Assembly: GCA_963797555.1 (NCBI GenBank)
Contig: CAWCPV010000003.1
Coordinates: 1-64,000, forward strand
Reading direction: 5' to 3'
Source: an uncultured Gammaproteobacteria bacterium
GTDB lineage: Bacteria; Pseudomonadota; Gammaproteobacteria; CAWCPV01
DNA: 64,000 nt
This document shows, in pieces, positions 1-16,317 of this stretch. The position numbers and the translations under genes are program-made. The notes under the pieces are model-generated. The model saw only the letters and a program-made list of their open reading frames with translations. It was not told where the DNA came from and searched no databases. The number at the start of each line of letters is the position of its first letter. The first letter of the stretch is position 1.

Positions 1-810
1 GCGATGTTGGCTCGCCGGGACCGACGGTCATGACCTCATTCTTCACTTGAAACATTTCGGTCATGGGTCGCCAATCCAGTTTTGCCGTCTCGCTGATTTG
101 CGCGGGCGTCACAATCACGTCAATCAGATTTTCATTAATCACCATTGGCGACACAACCCCGGCATTGATTTGGAGGGTCTCAAATAACCGGTCGTCGACG
201 ATCACGTTTCCGTCCACCTTTTTGATACCCGCCGCAGCGACCTGTTTCGCCAAATCGTTCAAGCCCAGCCAGCGGGTCTTCGGGCGTCAATTCCACACTT
301 GGCAGCGCATTCGTGTCCCCATGATCGGCGTTTGTGATATCAATCGTTCCATCCGGCTTGGTGCGTCCGCCCATCGTCAAATCGCCGCTCGCCACCAAAA
401 TCAAATCGCCGTTGAGCGTTCCGTCGGGACTGATGACTCCGGTCGCATAGATCGGCGTCGTAAATGTATAGTCCGCGCCCAGCGCATCCTGCGCGGCAGC
501 GGTTGAAAACAATTTCGCGGTGGAACCCGGGACCATCATCACGTCCGGGTTCAGTTCATACAACGTTTCTCCTGTCGCAACATCGGCGACGAGCAGTCCC
601 CACGCCGAATGTTTGTATTTCGCATCGTTGATAATCTCCAGAATGGCATCGGGGAGCGGGCTTGCGGTTTGGGTCGTTGCGGGTGGGGAGGGTGGGGTTG
701 CAGTGGCGGTTTGCAATCCGGCAGCGTTCGCCGTTGCACAACCGACACCGAAAACGATCACCAAACCGCAAAGTCACGAATAGGGAAAGCGATGTCTCTT
801 TACGCAGCAT
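1..810 (-). CDS. dacB: D-alanyl-D-alanine carboxypeptidase/endopeptidase (peptidase S13, PBP4-like); runs off window start; frameshifted
   Basis: SxxK motif PGSTAKLF and GDLILVASGDLTMG in ORF 180..764; ATG at 810 preceded by GGAGG; signal-like N-terminus across a frameshift near 770. Confidence 0.8.
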
Positions 811-876
811 GAATTCCTCCTTGGTTTTCCGAATGGGGTCCGATAAATTTGATTCATCTTGGACTATAATGATTTC

Positions 877-1224
877 ATGTTTGAGCACAAAAACGAGCCG
901 CTCCTCCCATTCAGGGAATTTCGCAATCGCGTCGTTCAATTTTTCCTCATTGCGTTTGGCGTGACGTTGGGATGGCTCGTTGTCGGGGGGGTGGGGTTCC
1001 ACTATACCGCGAATCTGTCTTGGCAAGACTCCCTGTACAACTCTGCGATGATGGTCAGCACCATGGGACCCGTCTTTACGTTCACCACCACCGTCGCCAA
1101 ACTCTTTGCTTCGTTTTACGCTCTCACCTCCGGTCTGGTCTTTATCGGCACGGTCGGGATCGCCTTTGCCCCCATTATTCACCGCTTTTTCCACTTGTTC
1201 CACCTCGAAACCGCCGACGATTAG
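877..1224 (+). CDS. Small membrane protein resembling a 2-TM ion-channel pore domain
   Basis: MFEHKNEPL start; two hydrophobic helices flanking SWQDSLYNSAMMVSTMGP pore-helix-like segment. Confidence 0.6.
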   Translation: MFEHKNEPLLPFREFRNRVVQFFLIAFGVTLGWLVVGGVGFHYTANLSWQDSLYNSAMMVSTMGPVFTFTTTVAKLFASFYALTSGLVFIGTVGIAFAPIIHRFFHLFHLETADD

Positions 1225-1501
1225 TGCAACAACATGATGAAATTGCGCAATACGGCTAACCTAACCCGCCAAAGAATATGGGCAAGAGCGCACGCGCGAC
1301 CACGCAGTTTCAGGTTGTTGCACTATTAGGTTATGGACCATTTGCTTGCTCCGTTTCTGAAACGTATCCGCGCCTTGTCGCCCGCGGTGAGAGATACGCG
1401 ACGCGTGCTGGAAGTGGGTTATGCACGGCTTGCGCTCGAACGATTCTTCTTGGTTTGCCGTCCATCTCGGGCGTGTGCGCGATGTGCTGCCTTTCGGAGG
1501 A

Positions 1502-2500
1502 ATGTAATAGCGTTGCTCGCGCTTGCCGCTGTCCGTCCTCCTTTCTTTTGTGCCGATTTGGTTCTATGCCTATATCGTCTACTGGTTGGACCGTTTCGAG
1601 CGCGAACCCGTCCGGTTGCTCGTCGGCATCTTTTTATGGGGTGCGTTTGTTGCCACTATTGGCGCGGCAGTCTTGGAAGTGCTATTCACCGCAGGTGTTC
1701 TCGCCGTAACGGGCAGCGAATCTCTCTCTGAACTGATAAACGATGCGGTCTTTGCGCCCATCGTCGAAGAATCGCTCAAAGGCATCGCCGTTTTGATTGT
1801 GGCATGGGTCTTTCGTCCCGAATTTGATTCGCTGTTGGATGGCATCGTCTATGCCGGCATCGTCGCCTTTGGGTTTGCGGCGATGGAGGATGTATTTTAC
1901 CTGTTCAGCGGCTATCAAGAGCAGGGCTGGAGTGATTTATTCGGCTTGTTCTTTTTGCGTATCATTCTCACCGGGTGGAACCATGCGGCGTTCACCGCGT
2001 TCACGGGCATGGGCATCGCCATTGCCCGCTTGAATACTAATTTGCTGATCAGGCTCGCCGCACCCGTCGCCGGTTGGGCGCTCGCCGTCATTCTACATGG
2101 CACGTTCAACGGGTTGCTTTCCACGCAAAACGGTGCGGGCGTGCTGCTCGCGCTGTGTATCAGCTGGGTCGGTTGGCTTGCCGTTTTCGCGATCGTTATT
2201 TGGGCAATCGCGGGCGAAACGCGCTCGCGCCCGCACATTCCTGCGGGAAGAGGTGGAACGCGGCATCCTTTCGCCCGCCCAATACCGCATCGCCACTTCC
2301 GCGCTCGCGGCGACGCTCACGCGTTTTGCCGCGTTGGGCTCGGGGCATTTTTGGGAAACCCGTCGCTTTTATCAACTCTGCGGGGAACTTGCACAAAAAA
2401 AGGAACACTCCAGAAATACGGACAGGAGCGCGGCAACGCCGTCGAAATTGAAAGACTGCGCGCCGAGCTTTCGCAATTGGCATCGGTTGCGCGTGCCTAA
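1502..2500 (+). CDS. prsW: PrsW-family intramembrane metalloprotease (frameshifted; start uncertain)
   Basis: Motifs APIVEESLKG, GFAAMEDVFY, WNHAAFTAFTG, LHGTFN; C-terminus continues in another frame (LREEVERGILS). Confidence 0.8.
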
Positions 2501-2573
2501 AGTTTGGCATTTTTTGGCGTTCCGGATGCTGGTCTTGGCATTCAAAGACAATTATTATCTACGAGGCTCGGAA

Positions 2574-2890
2574 ATGAAATCTCATCTGCCGCTGACCGGT
2601 CTCGTGTTTTTAAGTTTGGTTTTGCTTGTGCTCGCGCCCGTGCCGATTGCTGCCGGCGGCAACCTACGCTTTCCCAAAAATGATCTCTCCTGCGTCGGGG
2701 ACTGGGGAGACCCGAAACTGGCGGACCTTGCCGACAATGGTGGACCGACGCACACCATGGCGCTCTTACCCGGCAGCGCCGCCATCGGGCGGGGCAAAAT
2801 TGGCAAATGCAATGCTTCGCCGATTAATGGTATGGACCAACGCGGGCTACCGCGTGCTGCCCCGTGTGACAGCGGCGCTTATGAGGTGCA

Positions 2891-2894
<4 letters not shown>
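2574..2894 (+). CDS. Short exported protein with choice-of-anchor Q-like C-terminus
   Basis: Signal peptide then [26 protein letters not shown]...DQRGLPR...CDSGAYE. Confidence 0.55.
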
Positions 2895-5828
<2,934 letters not shown>

Positions 5829-5832
<4 letters not shown>

Positions 5833-6932
5833 CAGCGATGGTCGCTACGGCGATGAATTGGGGCGAAAGTATCATCTGGCGGCGCGTGTGGGGTTTGTCA
5901 CTCGTAAGTTGGGCATTCGTTATCTCGGGCATGTGTGCCTTTATCGGTTTGCTGTGGGATGGCGCATGGCACGCCTCGTGGGGACGCGATACGTTTTTTA
6001 TTCCCCCGCATGATTTAATGTACGGCGGCATCTCGCTTTCGATGGGCATGGCGATTGCCGTCCTCGTCACGCTTCTCGCGCCACCCCCGCGAAAAGGATT
6101 TTGTGCATGTCGGTCCGCTTCAAGCCCCTTTGGGTATTTGGATCGCCATCGTGGGCATGGCGTTCATGTTTGCCGCGGCGCGTGTATGATGACTGGTGGC
6201 ACAACAACATAGGTCATGTGGAAGGCGACGTGGTTCTGTGGAGCCCGCCCGCATTTCCTCGGGCTGGTTGGCGCATTGGTCACGCTCGGCGGCGCCGTCC
6301 TCTTTGTCCTGCGCGAAGTGCCCATCCCCACGCGCGCGAACGGCAAACCCCTCTGGCTGTGGGAACGGTTGGACGTGCCTGCCCTCGGCTTGGTGCTCAC
6401 GTTCAGTTATTTCGCCTTTTTGGTCTCGGCGATTTCGATGGACCGCTATATCATTTATGATAAACTGCGGTTTGACGGTTCGCTCTATCCCATTCTCGCG
6501 CTCATCTTCGGTCCGGCGCTGTTTGGTGATTGCACAGCGGGTCACGAACCGCGCGGGCACTGCCACATTTTCCGTCATCCTCGGGTTTATTCTGGCGGCG
6601 CTGGTCGCGTTCATCGTCCGCGACCTGTTTCGGCTTTCCCAAAGCGGCGAGTCTGCCCATCATGGGGCTTTTTAGCGCCGTCTTGCTCGATCTCGGATTC
6701 AAGCGTTTTGGCGGCGGTTACAAATGGCTGCTGGTCTTTGGACCGTGTTCGTTTTGGTCTTTTATGTGACCGAATACTTTTGGGCTTGGTATCTCACCCG
6801 CTATCCGTGGTGGCCCATCGAGAAAACGCTGGTCATGATTCCCGTTGGCATTGTTGTGGGTACGGCAAGCATGCTGATCGGGCGCGTGGATTGCCGCGCG
6901 GATTGACCGTGCCGGCTTTATCAAGCACGTGA
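5829..6932 (+). CDS. Polytopic membrane protein, hypothetical (frameshifted)
   Basis: Repeated WDxxWH...PPH motifs (LLWDGAWHASWGRDTFFIPPH; DDWWHN..WSPP) and multiple TM segments. Confidence 0.5.
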
Positions 6933-6958
6933 TCGTCAAATAACTCGGAAGGGTTTGT

Positions 6959-7456
6959 ATGAGCACTTTATCCGACTATACACAGGACCAAGTCGAAAAA
7001 CTGATGGCAGCCCCCATGCTCGTCTCGATGTATATCATGGGCTCGTCGCTCTCCGGACCTGTCGGCTTGGTCAGAGAAATGATGGCGGGCGTAGAGACCG
7101 CCATGAATGTGGCAAAAGATGCCGCGCCGGATTCCGTCTTGGGCACGCTCTTTTCGGAAGACAATATGAAAGCCCAGCAGACCAAGATGCAGGAAGAGAC
7201 CCGCGAGAGCACCGAGGGTGCGGAAAATATGGACCAAGCCAAAACCAAAATGCTGGACGACATCAAACAGTCTGTCAGCATCATTTCCGCCAAAGGCTCC
7301 CCCGTCGAGGTCGCTGCCTATAAAAAATTAATGGTGGACGTTGCCGAACAGGTTGCCCACGCCGCCAAAGAAGGCGGTTTTATGGGCATCGGCGGCACTC
7401 TGGTCAACGACGCGGAAAAGACTGCCATCGCAGACATCCAAGCCGCTGTTGCATGA
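6959..7456 (+). CDS. Hypothetical helical protein
   Basis: Intact 165-aa ORF, ends VAHAAKEGGFMGIGGTLVNDAEKTA; RBS-like GGAAGG upstream. Confidence 0.7.
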   Translation: MSTLSDYTQDQVEKLMAAPMLVSMYIMGSSLSGPVGLVREMMAGVETAMNVAKDAAPDSVLGTLFSEDNMKAQQTKMQEETRESTEGAENMDQAKTKMLDDIKQSVSIISAKGSPVEVAAYKKLMVDVAEQVAHAAKEGGFMGIGGTLVNDAEKTAIADIQAAVA

Positions 7457-7464
7457 CGTATCAT

Positions 7465-7495
7465 GTGTAGGGCGAATTAACGAATTTGCCTACAC
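7465..7495. terminator. Intergenic hairpin (terminator or GTAG-type REP)
   Basis: gtgtagggcgaatt-aacg-aatttgcctacac directly after stop at 7456. Confidence 0.5.
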
Positions 7496-7590
7496 GTGCC
7501 GTTGTTTACAAAACCTCAAGCCCCCAATCCGCGTGACGCGAGTATAATGCTTGGGGTTTTTCTTTTGCTCCGCGCGAAAGAGGTATTGCC

Positions 7591-8626
7591 ATGCAGTTCT
7601 TGTGGTCGCCTTTGCTGTGGTCGCTTATATTGGTGCCGCTGCTCCTCGCTTTGTATCTATGGTTGCAAACGCGACGGCGGAAATATGCGGTGCGGTATGC
7701 CAGCTTGACGCTGGTCAAACCCGCCCTCACCTCGACCGCCCACTGGCGTCGTTACATTCCTCCCGCGCTGTTTTTTATCGCCCTTGCCGTCATGCTGGTC
7801 GGGATTGCGCGCCCGGTGGCGCTTGTGCGGACGCCCCGTCAGGAAGGAGTCGTGATTCTTGCCCTCGACGCCTCGTTGAGCATGCGTGCCGAGGACATGC
7901 AGCCGAATCGTTTTGAAGCTGCCCGTGCCGCCGCACGATCCTTTATCGACAAACGCGGTGCCGGGACCGATATCGGTCTCGTTGCGTTTGGCGGGAGTGC
8001 CGCCATCGTCCAGTTGCCGACGACCAAGCCGGGCGACCTGAATTCCGCTCTCAACACGCTCTTTTTACAACGCGGCACCGCAATAGGCGAGGGCATTCTG
8101 ACCTCCCTCGACGCCATCGCATTGGCAAATCACGAAGGTCCCGTGCCCAATGCGAACGCGGACCCCGACGCCGAACGGGAGTCCTGCTTCAACCGGTACC
8201 CGCGGGCACGATTCTCCCTGCTATCGTCGTTCTCTTGACCGACGGGCAGAACCGCAACGGCATAAACCCGCTGGAAGCGGCGAAAATGGCGGCGGAACGC
8301 GGCGTGCGGGTCTATACCGTTGGCATCGGCTCGCGGGATGGCGGGTTCATGCCCGGTGGGTTTGGCGGCGGCGCGACATTTGGCAATCAACGCGGGTACC
8401 GGCAGGAATTGGACGAAGACGCCCTGCGTGCAATTGCCGACGAGACCGGCGGCGAATACTTTTACGCCGCCAACGAGACCGAGCTGGAAAAAATCTACTC
8501 GAACCTCGGCTTGAACCTCGTCCTGAAATTAGAAAAGCTGGAGTCACCGTTTGGTTCACCGCAATCGCAGCTCTATTCCTCTTTGGTGCCGTGGTTCTCT
8601 CTATCACATGGAGCACCTTTAATTGA
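7591..8626 (+). CDS. VWA-domain membrane protein (BatA-like); frameshifted
   Basis: N-terminal TM, MIDAS DASLSM, TAIGEG, LTDGQN, RVYTVGIG, C-terminal TM. Confidence 0.85.
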
Positions 8627-10843
8627 TGCCATGTCGCTCGCGACGGTCCTCCTTTTTGATTCGTTCAACTCGCCGCGCCAAGCCGGTCCTTGCCCACGAA
8701 TACGACGCCATGTACCGCCTCAAACCGCAGCGCAAATTGTGGTTACACGCGCGCAGCGTCACCTTCCCATTGAAATGGCTCTCGCTGTGCATCTTGTCTG
8801 CACTCTTTCTTTTTGCAAATGCCGATGTTTCCGCCGCCCCTAACCCGGGCGGCGCGTCATTGAGAAAAGCGGTTCTTGCGACAAATCAGTCTGACGCGGC
8901 GCAAACGAGCGGCAGCAACTTTGAACCTGTCTCCTGCTCCGCCTTCAAAATCTCCGGGGATGCTTTTGACTGCGGCTACATCACCGTCCCCGAACTCCAC
9001 GCCGACCCGAACGGCAAACAAATCAAACTCGCCGTCGGGGTTTTGCCAAGCACCAACACCACCCCGACGCGTGATGCCTACGTCGTCGCGGAGGGCGGAC
9101 CCGGCGGCAGCACCCTCGACACGTTTACTGCGTTTTTCCAACAGGGCTATTACCCCGCAGTGGATACACTCCGCGCCGAGCGCGACGTCGTCCTCTATGA
9201 CCAGCGCGGCACGCTCTATTCCCAACCCGCCCTCACCTGTCCCGAAGAACTGCAAGAGACCTTCGATACCATCGAGCAAGAGATCCCGCCGGAAGAATCC
9301 CTGCGTCTTTCGGAACAGGCGGCGCTCGCCTGCCGCGCCCGCTTGGTGAAAGAAAGAGTCAATCTGTCCGCGTACAACAGCATCGAAAATGCCTTGGACA
9401 TTGAGGATGTGCGCCGGGCGCTCGGCTATGAAAAATTCGACCTTTACGGCGTCTCGTATGGCACGCTCCTCGCCCTCCATGCCCTGCGCCAAACTCCGGA
9501 AACGTTTCGCAGTGTTATTCTCGATGCCGTCGTTCCCGCGCAAATCAATCCGAATTCCGCCATCGCCGAATCCCAAAACCGCGCCTTTGAGCAGTTATTT
9601 GACGCCTGCGCCGCCGATGCGGACTGTGGTCGCGCCTATCCGGACCTCAAACAGGTTTTTTACGCGCGAAGTGGACGCGCTAAATACAGCACCCGCGCGT
9701 GTCCCCCTCACCGACAAAGACACCGGCAAGACCTACAACGCGGTCATTGACGGCGACACGTTCATGGACATCTTGTTCCAGTTCATCTACAACACCGAAA
9801 TGGTCCCCGCTCTGCCGGAAATGATTTATGACGCGCGGGCGGGACGCTATACGTTGATTCAAGCGCTGTATCCCACCTTTGTCTTTGACCGCACCTTTGC
9901 GAGCGGCATGTACTATTCCGTCATGTGCGCTGAAGACGCCGACTTTAATCTTGACGACCTCACGCTCGACGGCGTAGACCCCCACATCGCCAGAGCCCAA
10001 GCGCGGGACACTGCCGCTTTTCTGCAGCTCTGCCAAAAGTGGGACGTGTCGCAGCTGGGCGCGTCCGCCGACGAACCTGTCACCGCCGATATCCCGACCC
10101 TCGTCTTTTCCGGCGATTTCGACCCGATCACCCCACCGCCCAACGGCGAGGTTGCCGCCGCGACCATCCACCCGAGTTATGCCTATGATTTTCCTGCATA
10201 TGGGCACGGCGCCATGACCAGCGGGGATTGCCCGAACGAGATGATTGCCGCGTTTGTGCGAAATCCCGGACGCGCCCCGGATGCCCAATGCATCAAGCAA
10301 GAGGCGTCGCACGTCACCTTTATCACGCCCGCCAACACGCTTCTCTCCGCCGGCATTGGCGCCTTTCAATTCGAGATGCTTCAGGGCAATGTACAAGCAT
10401 TCCTCATCCCCATCGTTCTCGCTCTCGTCCTTGTCTCCATCTGGCTCTTCGGTCCCATCGCTTGGCTCATCCGTCGCGCTCGCAAACAGCCCTCGGAACC
10501 TCATCTCGCGGCGCGCCTCGTGCCGTGGGTCGCCGCGTTCAACTCTCTTGTCGCGATCGGCTTTTTTGTCATCGTCTTTGTCCTCTTGGTCGTCACTGCC
10601 CTCCGCAACGACAACACCATCGCCCTCGTCCTCGGCGCGCCGCGAGCGTGGTTCGTCGTCTATCTTGTGCCGCTTTTCTTTGCGCTCTGCGCGCTCGTTC
10701 TCACTGCCCTCGTCGTCCTCGCGTGGCAGCGCCGCAACTGGGGCATTCTCCGCCGCGTCTATTTCTCCTGCCTTGCCGTCGCGTCCCTCGGGATGGTCGT
10801 CTGGTTCGCCCTGAATGGAATCCTCCTGCCCGGCATCCAATAA
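8623..10843 (+). CDS. Alpha/beta hydrolase (TAP-like peptidase) with C-terminal TM helices; one frameshift near 9670
   Basis: GGPG, DQRG, YGVSYGT nucleophile, GDFDPITP, GHG. Confidence 0.85.
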
Positions 10844-11183
10844 GAAATGATCTCAAAATTGCTTTTCCAACACCGATGGTGCGTCAGATACACGCAAGTA
10901 ACACTTGCGTGATCTCGTTCTTAATTTTGAGATAGTTTCCAAGATGGTTGCCCCTCCCCTCGGGAGAGCAGCCGGGGTGACGGGTGTGCCCGACGGGTAA
11001 TAAACGGCGTTGCTGACACACGCACCAATGCAAGCTGCAGTTAACAATTTCTTCGGGATGCGATACAATTCAATCCTCTTGTCACAGCCCGACCCGCACG
11101 AATTTGTTAGAAATCCGCAAGGAATCTTCAAGAAATCCAAATAAAGTCACAATTGGGAACGAATATTCAAGCAAGGAGTCGAA

Positions 11184-11582
11184 ATGACTGAAAAGATAAA
11201 GAAACCCGACGCCGAGTGGCGCAAGCAGTTGACACCCGAGCAATACCGTGTCACCCGTGAGCACGGCACCGAACGCGCTTTTACAGGCGCCTTGAACAAG
11301 GCAAAAACACCGGGAACCTACGTCTGTGTTTGCTGTGGCAATCCCTTGTTCACCTCCGACACGAAATTCGAGTCGGGCACAGGTTGGCCCTCGTTTTATG
11401 CGCCCATTGATGATCAAGCCATTGAGGAAGAGCGCGATTATGCCTACGGCATGGTGCGCGTGGAAACCCATTGCGCCAAATGCGACGCCCATCTCGGGCA
11501 CGTCTTTGACGACGGTCCCGCGCCGACGGGCTTGCGGTACTGCATGAATTCGGCAGCTCTCAATCTCATTCCAAAAGAATAA
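11184..11582 (+). CDS. msrB: Peptide methionine (R)-sulfoxide reductase
   Basis: [45 protein letters not shown]. Confidence 0.95.
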   Translation: MTEKIKKPDAEWRKQLTPEQYRVTREHGTERAFTGALNKAKTPGTYVCVCCGNPLFTSDTKFESGTGWPSFYAPIDDQAIEEERDYAYGMVRVETHCAKCDAHLGHVFDDGPAPTGLRYCMNSAALNLIPKE

Positions 11583-11601
11583 TTTCTCAAGGAATAAACA
11601 A

Positions 11602-11634
11602 TCGGGCAGGACAAACGCGAGTCGTCCTGCCCGA
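11602..11634. terminator. Intergenic inverted repeat
   Basis: tcgggcaggac ... gtcctgcccga, perfect 11-bp stem after msrB. Confidence 0.5.
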
Positions 11635-11666
11635 CCGCAACTTGTGATCTCCATCAACTCAAACCC

Positions 11667-12578
11667 ATGCCACTTCATCCCGATGCTCAAGCCTTTCTCG
11701 ACCTTCGCGCCTCCCAGGGTTCGCGCGACATTCATGAATTGACTGTAGAACAAGCGCGTGCCCAGTCCATCCGCCTAAATACCGGTGTCCCCGGCGCGCC
11801 CGTCGCCCGCGTCCGCGATTTGCAAATCTCCGGGCTTTATGGCGCGATCCCGCTGCGGCTCTACTACCCGAACCATAACCCAAACCTGCCGATTCTGGTT
11901 TTCTTTCACGGCGGTGGCTTTGTCGTAGGAAATCTGGAAACGTCCGATGCCGTGTGCCGCCAGTGGGCGAACGCGACCGGCTGTCTCGTCGCCTCGGTCA
12001 ACTATCGCCATGCCCCCGAACACAAATTCCCCGCCGCCGCCGAGGATGCGTATTATGCGACGAGGTGGGTCAGTGAAAATGCGTTAGAAATTGGCGGCTG
12101 ATGCCTCGCGTCTCGCCGTATCCGGCATCAGCGCGGGTGGCGGGCTTGCCGCGACGACTGCGCTGATGGCGCGTGACCGTTCCGCCCCGCCGATTGCCTT
12201 TCAATTACTGTGGGTGCCGGTACTGGATTGTAATTGCGAGACAAATTCTTATCATCAAAATGCCGAGGGCTATGGTCTGACGCGGCAAGGGTATGCAGTG
12301 GTTTTGGAATCACTATCTATCCGACTCTTCCGACGGCGCGAACCCGTACGCTTCGCCTCTACGTGCCGCCGGAGCTCTCCAATCTCCCGCCCGCGTTCGT
12401 GCTCACCGCGGAATACGACCCCTTACGGGATGAAGGATGTGCCTATGCGGAACGACTCCGCGCGGCGGGGGTTCCGGTCGAGGCGCGCACATATGAGGGC
12501 ATGATTCACGGCTTTCTCGGCGAGCAAGCATCCCAAGATTCCTTTAACGCCGTTCGTCGCGCGCTCCGAGTGCAATGA
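11667..12578 (+). CDS. HSL-family esterase/lipase (frameshifted)
   Basis: [35 protein letters not shown]. Confidence 0.88.
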
Positions 12579-13824
12579 ACCTGCATCCCTCCTGCATTCC
12601 CCCGCAGTACAATGGACACTGCTTTGCCGATTTGCCCGCGACAATTCGCTATTGGCTTACGGGCAAAGGCGAACCAAAGTTCGCCCCGGATGTCTTGGGG
12701 GAATATAACAAGCAATATGATATTGTTTTTTCCTTTTTTATTGATTCGCTTGGCTGGGAATTGTTCCACAAATATCTCGACGAAAATTCTTTTTTCCGTC
12801 GTCTCGTCGCGAACGGGCGCGTCACAAAAATCACGTCACAGTTTCCGTCCACGACCGCCGCGCATGTCACCTGCATTCATACGGGCTTGCCGGTCGGCAA
12901 GAGCGGCATCTATGAGTGGCAGTACTATGAGCCAAAACTTGACGCGGTCATTACGCCGCTCCTTTTTTCGTATGCGGGCACGATGGAACGCGACACCCTC
13001 GAACCCTCCGGTGTGAACCCGAAAACGATATATCCTACGGGAACGCTGTACGATTCTCTGCAAGCAGAGGGCGTCTCGGCGTATACCTTTGGCTGGCGTT
13101 CCTTTACTCCTTCCACCTTTTCCAACGTCGTCATGCACGGCGCGCAGGCTGCGTCCGTTTCTCACTCTACCCGAGGGTCTGTTGAGTGTCGCCGCCCATG
13201 CGGCGCAAGCGGTGACGCCCGCGTATCTCTTTTTCTATTACGGCGACATTGATACCATGTGTCATACGTACGGTCCCTATGCCGTGGAGACTCGCGCCCA
13301 GATCGAAACCTTTGCTCATGCGATGGAACACTGGTTTTTGCCGTTTGTAAAAGGTCTCGGCAAACGCGCGCTGTTTTGCCTGTACGCCGACCACGGGCAC
13401 ATGAGTGTCACGCCGCAAAACACGCGCTATCTCAACACGCAGAAACCGTATCGTGATATAGTGCCCATGCTGCGAACAGACGCGGCAAGGCAACGTGCTC
13501 GTCCCCGCCGGTTCGCCGCGTGACCCCTTTCTGTATGTCCGTGAAGAATGTCTCGACGACGCGTACGGTCTGCTTTCGAACGTGTTGGAAGGGTATGCGG
13601 ATGTGGTCAAAACAGCGAATCTTTTAGCGGCGGGCTATTTCGGTCCTTTGCCTGTTTGCGCCGAACTACTCGGTCGTTTGGGAAACCTCGTCGTTTTGCC
13701 GCACCCCGGCAACTGCGTCTGGTGGTTTGAAAAAGAAAAGTATGTGCAAAAACATTTCGGGCATCACGGCGGACTCTCCGCCACCGAAATGGAAATCCCG
13801 CTCGCCCTCATGGAAATAGAATGA
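12575..13824 (+). CDS. Alkaline-phosphatase superfamily (nucleotide pyrophosphatase/phosphodiesterase-like); frameshifted
   Basis: FIDSLGW, FPSTTAA, DTMCH, ADHGH, GHHGGLS..EM. Confidence 0.8.
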
Positions 13825-13873
13825 CAGGAGACCGCCATGAAACCCACCAAGCGCATGGGTGGAAAAGAGTAAC

Positions 13874-14167
13874 ATGTCCGCATACATCATTGTACAGATC
13901 CAGGTCCATGACCCCGTCGCCTATCAAGAATACATAAAAGGGGTTCCCGCCACTCTTGCGTTATACGACGGCAAATTTCTCGTCCGCGGCGGCAACCACG
14001 AAACGCTCGAGGGCGATTGGAAGCCCGAGCGGTTTGTCATTCTGGAATTTCCGAACGTCGAACGCGCTCGCGAATGGTGGTCGTCGCCCGAATACCGCGC
14101 CATCGTGGACATCCGCTATCGGAACGCGGTCTCGCAAATGATTTTGGCACAGGGCTATGAGGCATGA
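13874..14167 (+). CDS. DUF1330-family protein
   Basis: MSAYIIV, GKFLVRGG, VILEFP, WWSSPEY. Confidence 0.85.
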   Translation: MSAYIIVQIQVHDPVAYQEYIKGVPATLALYDGKFLVRGGNHETLEGDWKPERFVILEFPNVERAREWWSSPEYRAIVDIRYRNAVSQMILAQGYEA

Positions 14168-15486
14168 CGCAAAAGGTCTGGAATACGTCCGTCGAAACAC
14201 TTGACCCGCAAGAATTGCGCTCCCTCGAAGATACCCTGCTAACCCGACAGTTTGCCTATGTCATGGCGCACAGCCCGTTCTATCAAAAAAAATTCGTCGG
14301 TATCAATTCTGTTTCCAACCGTAGTGAACTTGCCGGGCTGCCTTTTACGGAAAAGGATGAGCTTCGCGCTTCGCAAGAAAACACCCCTCCCTTTGGCGAC
14401 TATCTCGCCGCGGACCCGCTTGATGTTTCACGCGTCCACAAAACGTCGGGCACGACCGGTCGTCCGCTCTATATCGCTCTTGCGCGGCGTGACATCGAGA
14501 CTACGCATGAATGTGGCGCCCGCGCCTTTTATGCGGCGGGCTTGCGCCCCGGCGATCGCGTGATCCACTGTCTCAACTATCAACTCTGGGCGGGCGGCGT
14601 CACGGACCATCTCTCGCTGGAACGGGTGGGCGCGACCGTCGTTCCGTTCGGTGTCGGCAATACGCGCGGGCTTGTTCCAAACCATTCGCGACCTCAAGAT
14701 AAACGCCATCTCTTGCACGCCGTCTTATCTCGTCCACCTCGCCGGCATTGTGCGGGACGAATTACGTATTGAACCGTGCGAGCTCGGTTTGCGCAAGGGC
14801 TTTTTTGGCGGCGAACCCGGCTTGCAAAATCCGAGCGTGCGCGAAAACATCGAGCGTACGTGGAATCTTCGCGCGATGGATGCCAATTACGGCATGGCGG
14901 ATGTGCTCTCGATTTTCGGTTCTGAATGTGAGGTGCGCGACGGTCTCCATTTCCATGGGCAGGGTGTCCTGCTTGTCGAGCTCGATTGACCCACAAACAG
15001 CGCGCCCCATCGAATTGAGAAACGGCGCGGCAGGGGAACTGGTCTATACGAATCTCGTGCGGGAGGCGCAACCACTGGTACGTTACCGTTCGCGCGATGC
15101 GGTGGAAATTGTTTCCATCGAGCCATGTGACTGTGGGCGCACAAGTTTTCGCTTTCGCGTTTTGGGACGCAGTGATGATATGCTCCATGTGCGCGGCGTC
15201 AACGTTTTTCCCGCCGCCATTGCCGAAAACCTTGCACTCTTTCCGAACCGGTTGACGGGCGAATTTCAAATTGTGCTGACGAGCCCGCCGCCTTACAATG
15301 AGCTGCCATTGCGCGTGGAACTCTTGCCGGGTGTGCCGGTGGACGAACACGCATTCTTGCGCGAGCGACTGTTTGAATCACTGCACCGGCAGCTTGAATT
15401 TCCGCGCCGCCATTGAATTTGTCCCGCAGGGCGCTCTCCCGCGCACCGAGGGCAAAACCGGGCGCATACATCGCGCATATAATTAG
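14164..15486 (+). CDS. Phenylacetate-CoA ligase-family protein (frameshifted)
   Basis: LPFTEKDELR, TSGTTGRP, TPSY, GGEPG, YGMAD, PLVRYRSRD, GRSDDMLHVRGVNVFP. Confidence 0.88.
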
Positions 15487-15541
15487 GACTGACCCGCACT
15501 TTATCCGCCACCAAAAATCCCGCTTCCGAACCGAGTCACTC

Positions 15542-16317
15542 ATGCCCGATCTTCAAGTCGAATTCTCCGAAAACACGCTTACCGTCACCTTTAACCGTCC
15601 GCAGGTCATGAACGCGTGGACCGTCGAAATGATTCGCGATCTCAAAAAGACCCTGAACGACGTGGCGCGCGACGGGCGCACCCGCGTGGTCATTTTCCGC
15701 GGCGCAGGCGATAACTTTTGCACGGGCGCGGATATCAACGCGGAAAAAAATTCTTCCCTTGTCTCCTACCGCGCCTTTGTCAGCGACATCCAGGACATCA
15801 CCCGCGCGCTGCGGGTCATGGATGCGGTCTCGATTGCGTCCCTACAGGGCTATTGTCTCGGCGGGGGCATGGAACTCGCCTGCGCGTGCGATTTACGCAT
15901 TGCCTCGGAGGACGCGCGCCTCGGGTTTCCCGAAGTCGGCATCGGGCTGACGGCAACCAGCGGGGTCGCGCATCTGCTCCCGCGTCTCGATTGGCACTGC
16001 ACGCGCCAAGGAGATGCTTTTGACGGGCGATTGGATCGGGGCAGCGGCGGCGGAGCGGATCAATCTCGTCACACGCGTCGTGCCGCGCGCCGATTTAATG
16101 GCGGTGACCAAGCGGCTGGCTGACAAGATTGTCTCCGCGCGCCCCGCTCGCCGTGACCACGCAAAAACATCTGCTCGATGCCGGCGCGGATGCCTCGCTC
16201 GATTCCGCCCTGCAAATGGAGGTAGAAGCGATTCTCACCACCTTTGCCTCGCGCGACGGTCAAGAAGGTATGACCGCGTTTCTCGAAAAACGCGCGCCCC
16301 GCTTTACGAACGCGTGA
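15542..16317 (+). CDS. Enoyl-CoA hydratase/isomerase (frameshifted)
   Basis: FNRPQVMNA, FCTGAD, GYCLGGGMELACACDLRIA, FPEVGIG, EGMTAFLEKRAPRF. Confidence 0.88.
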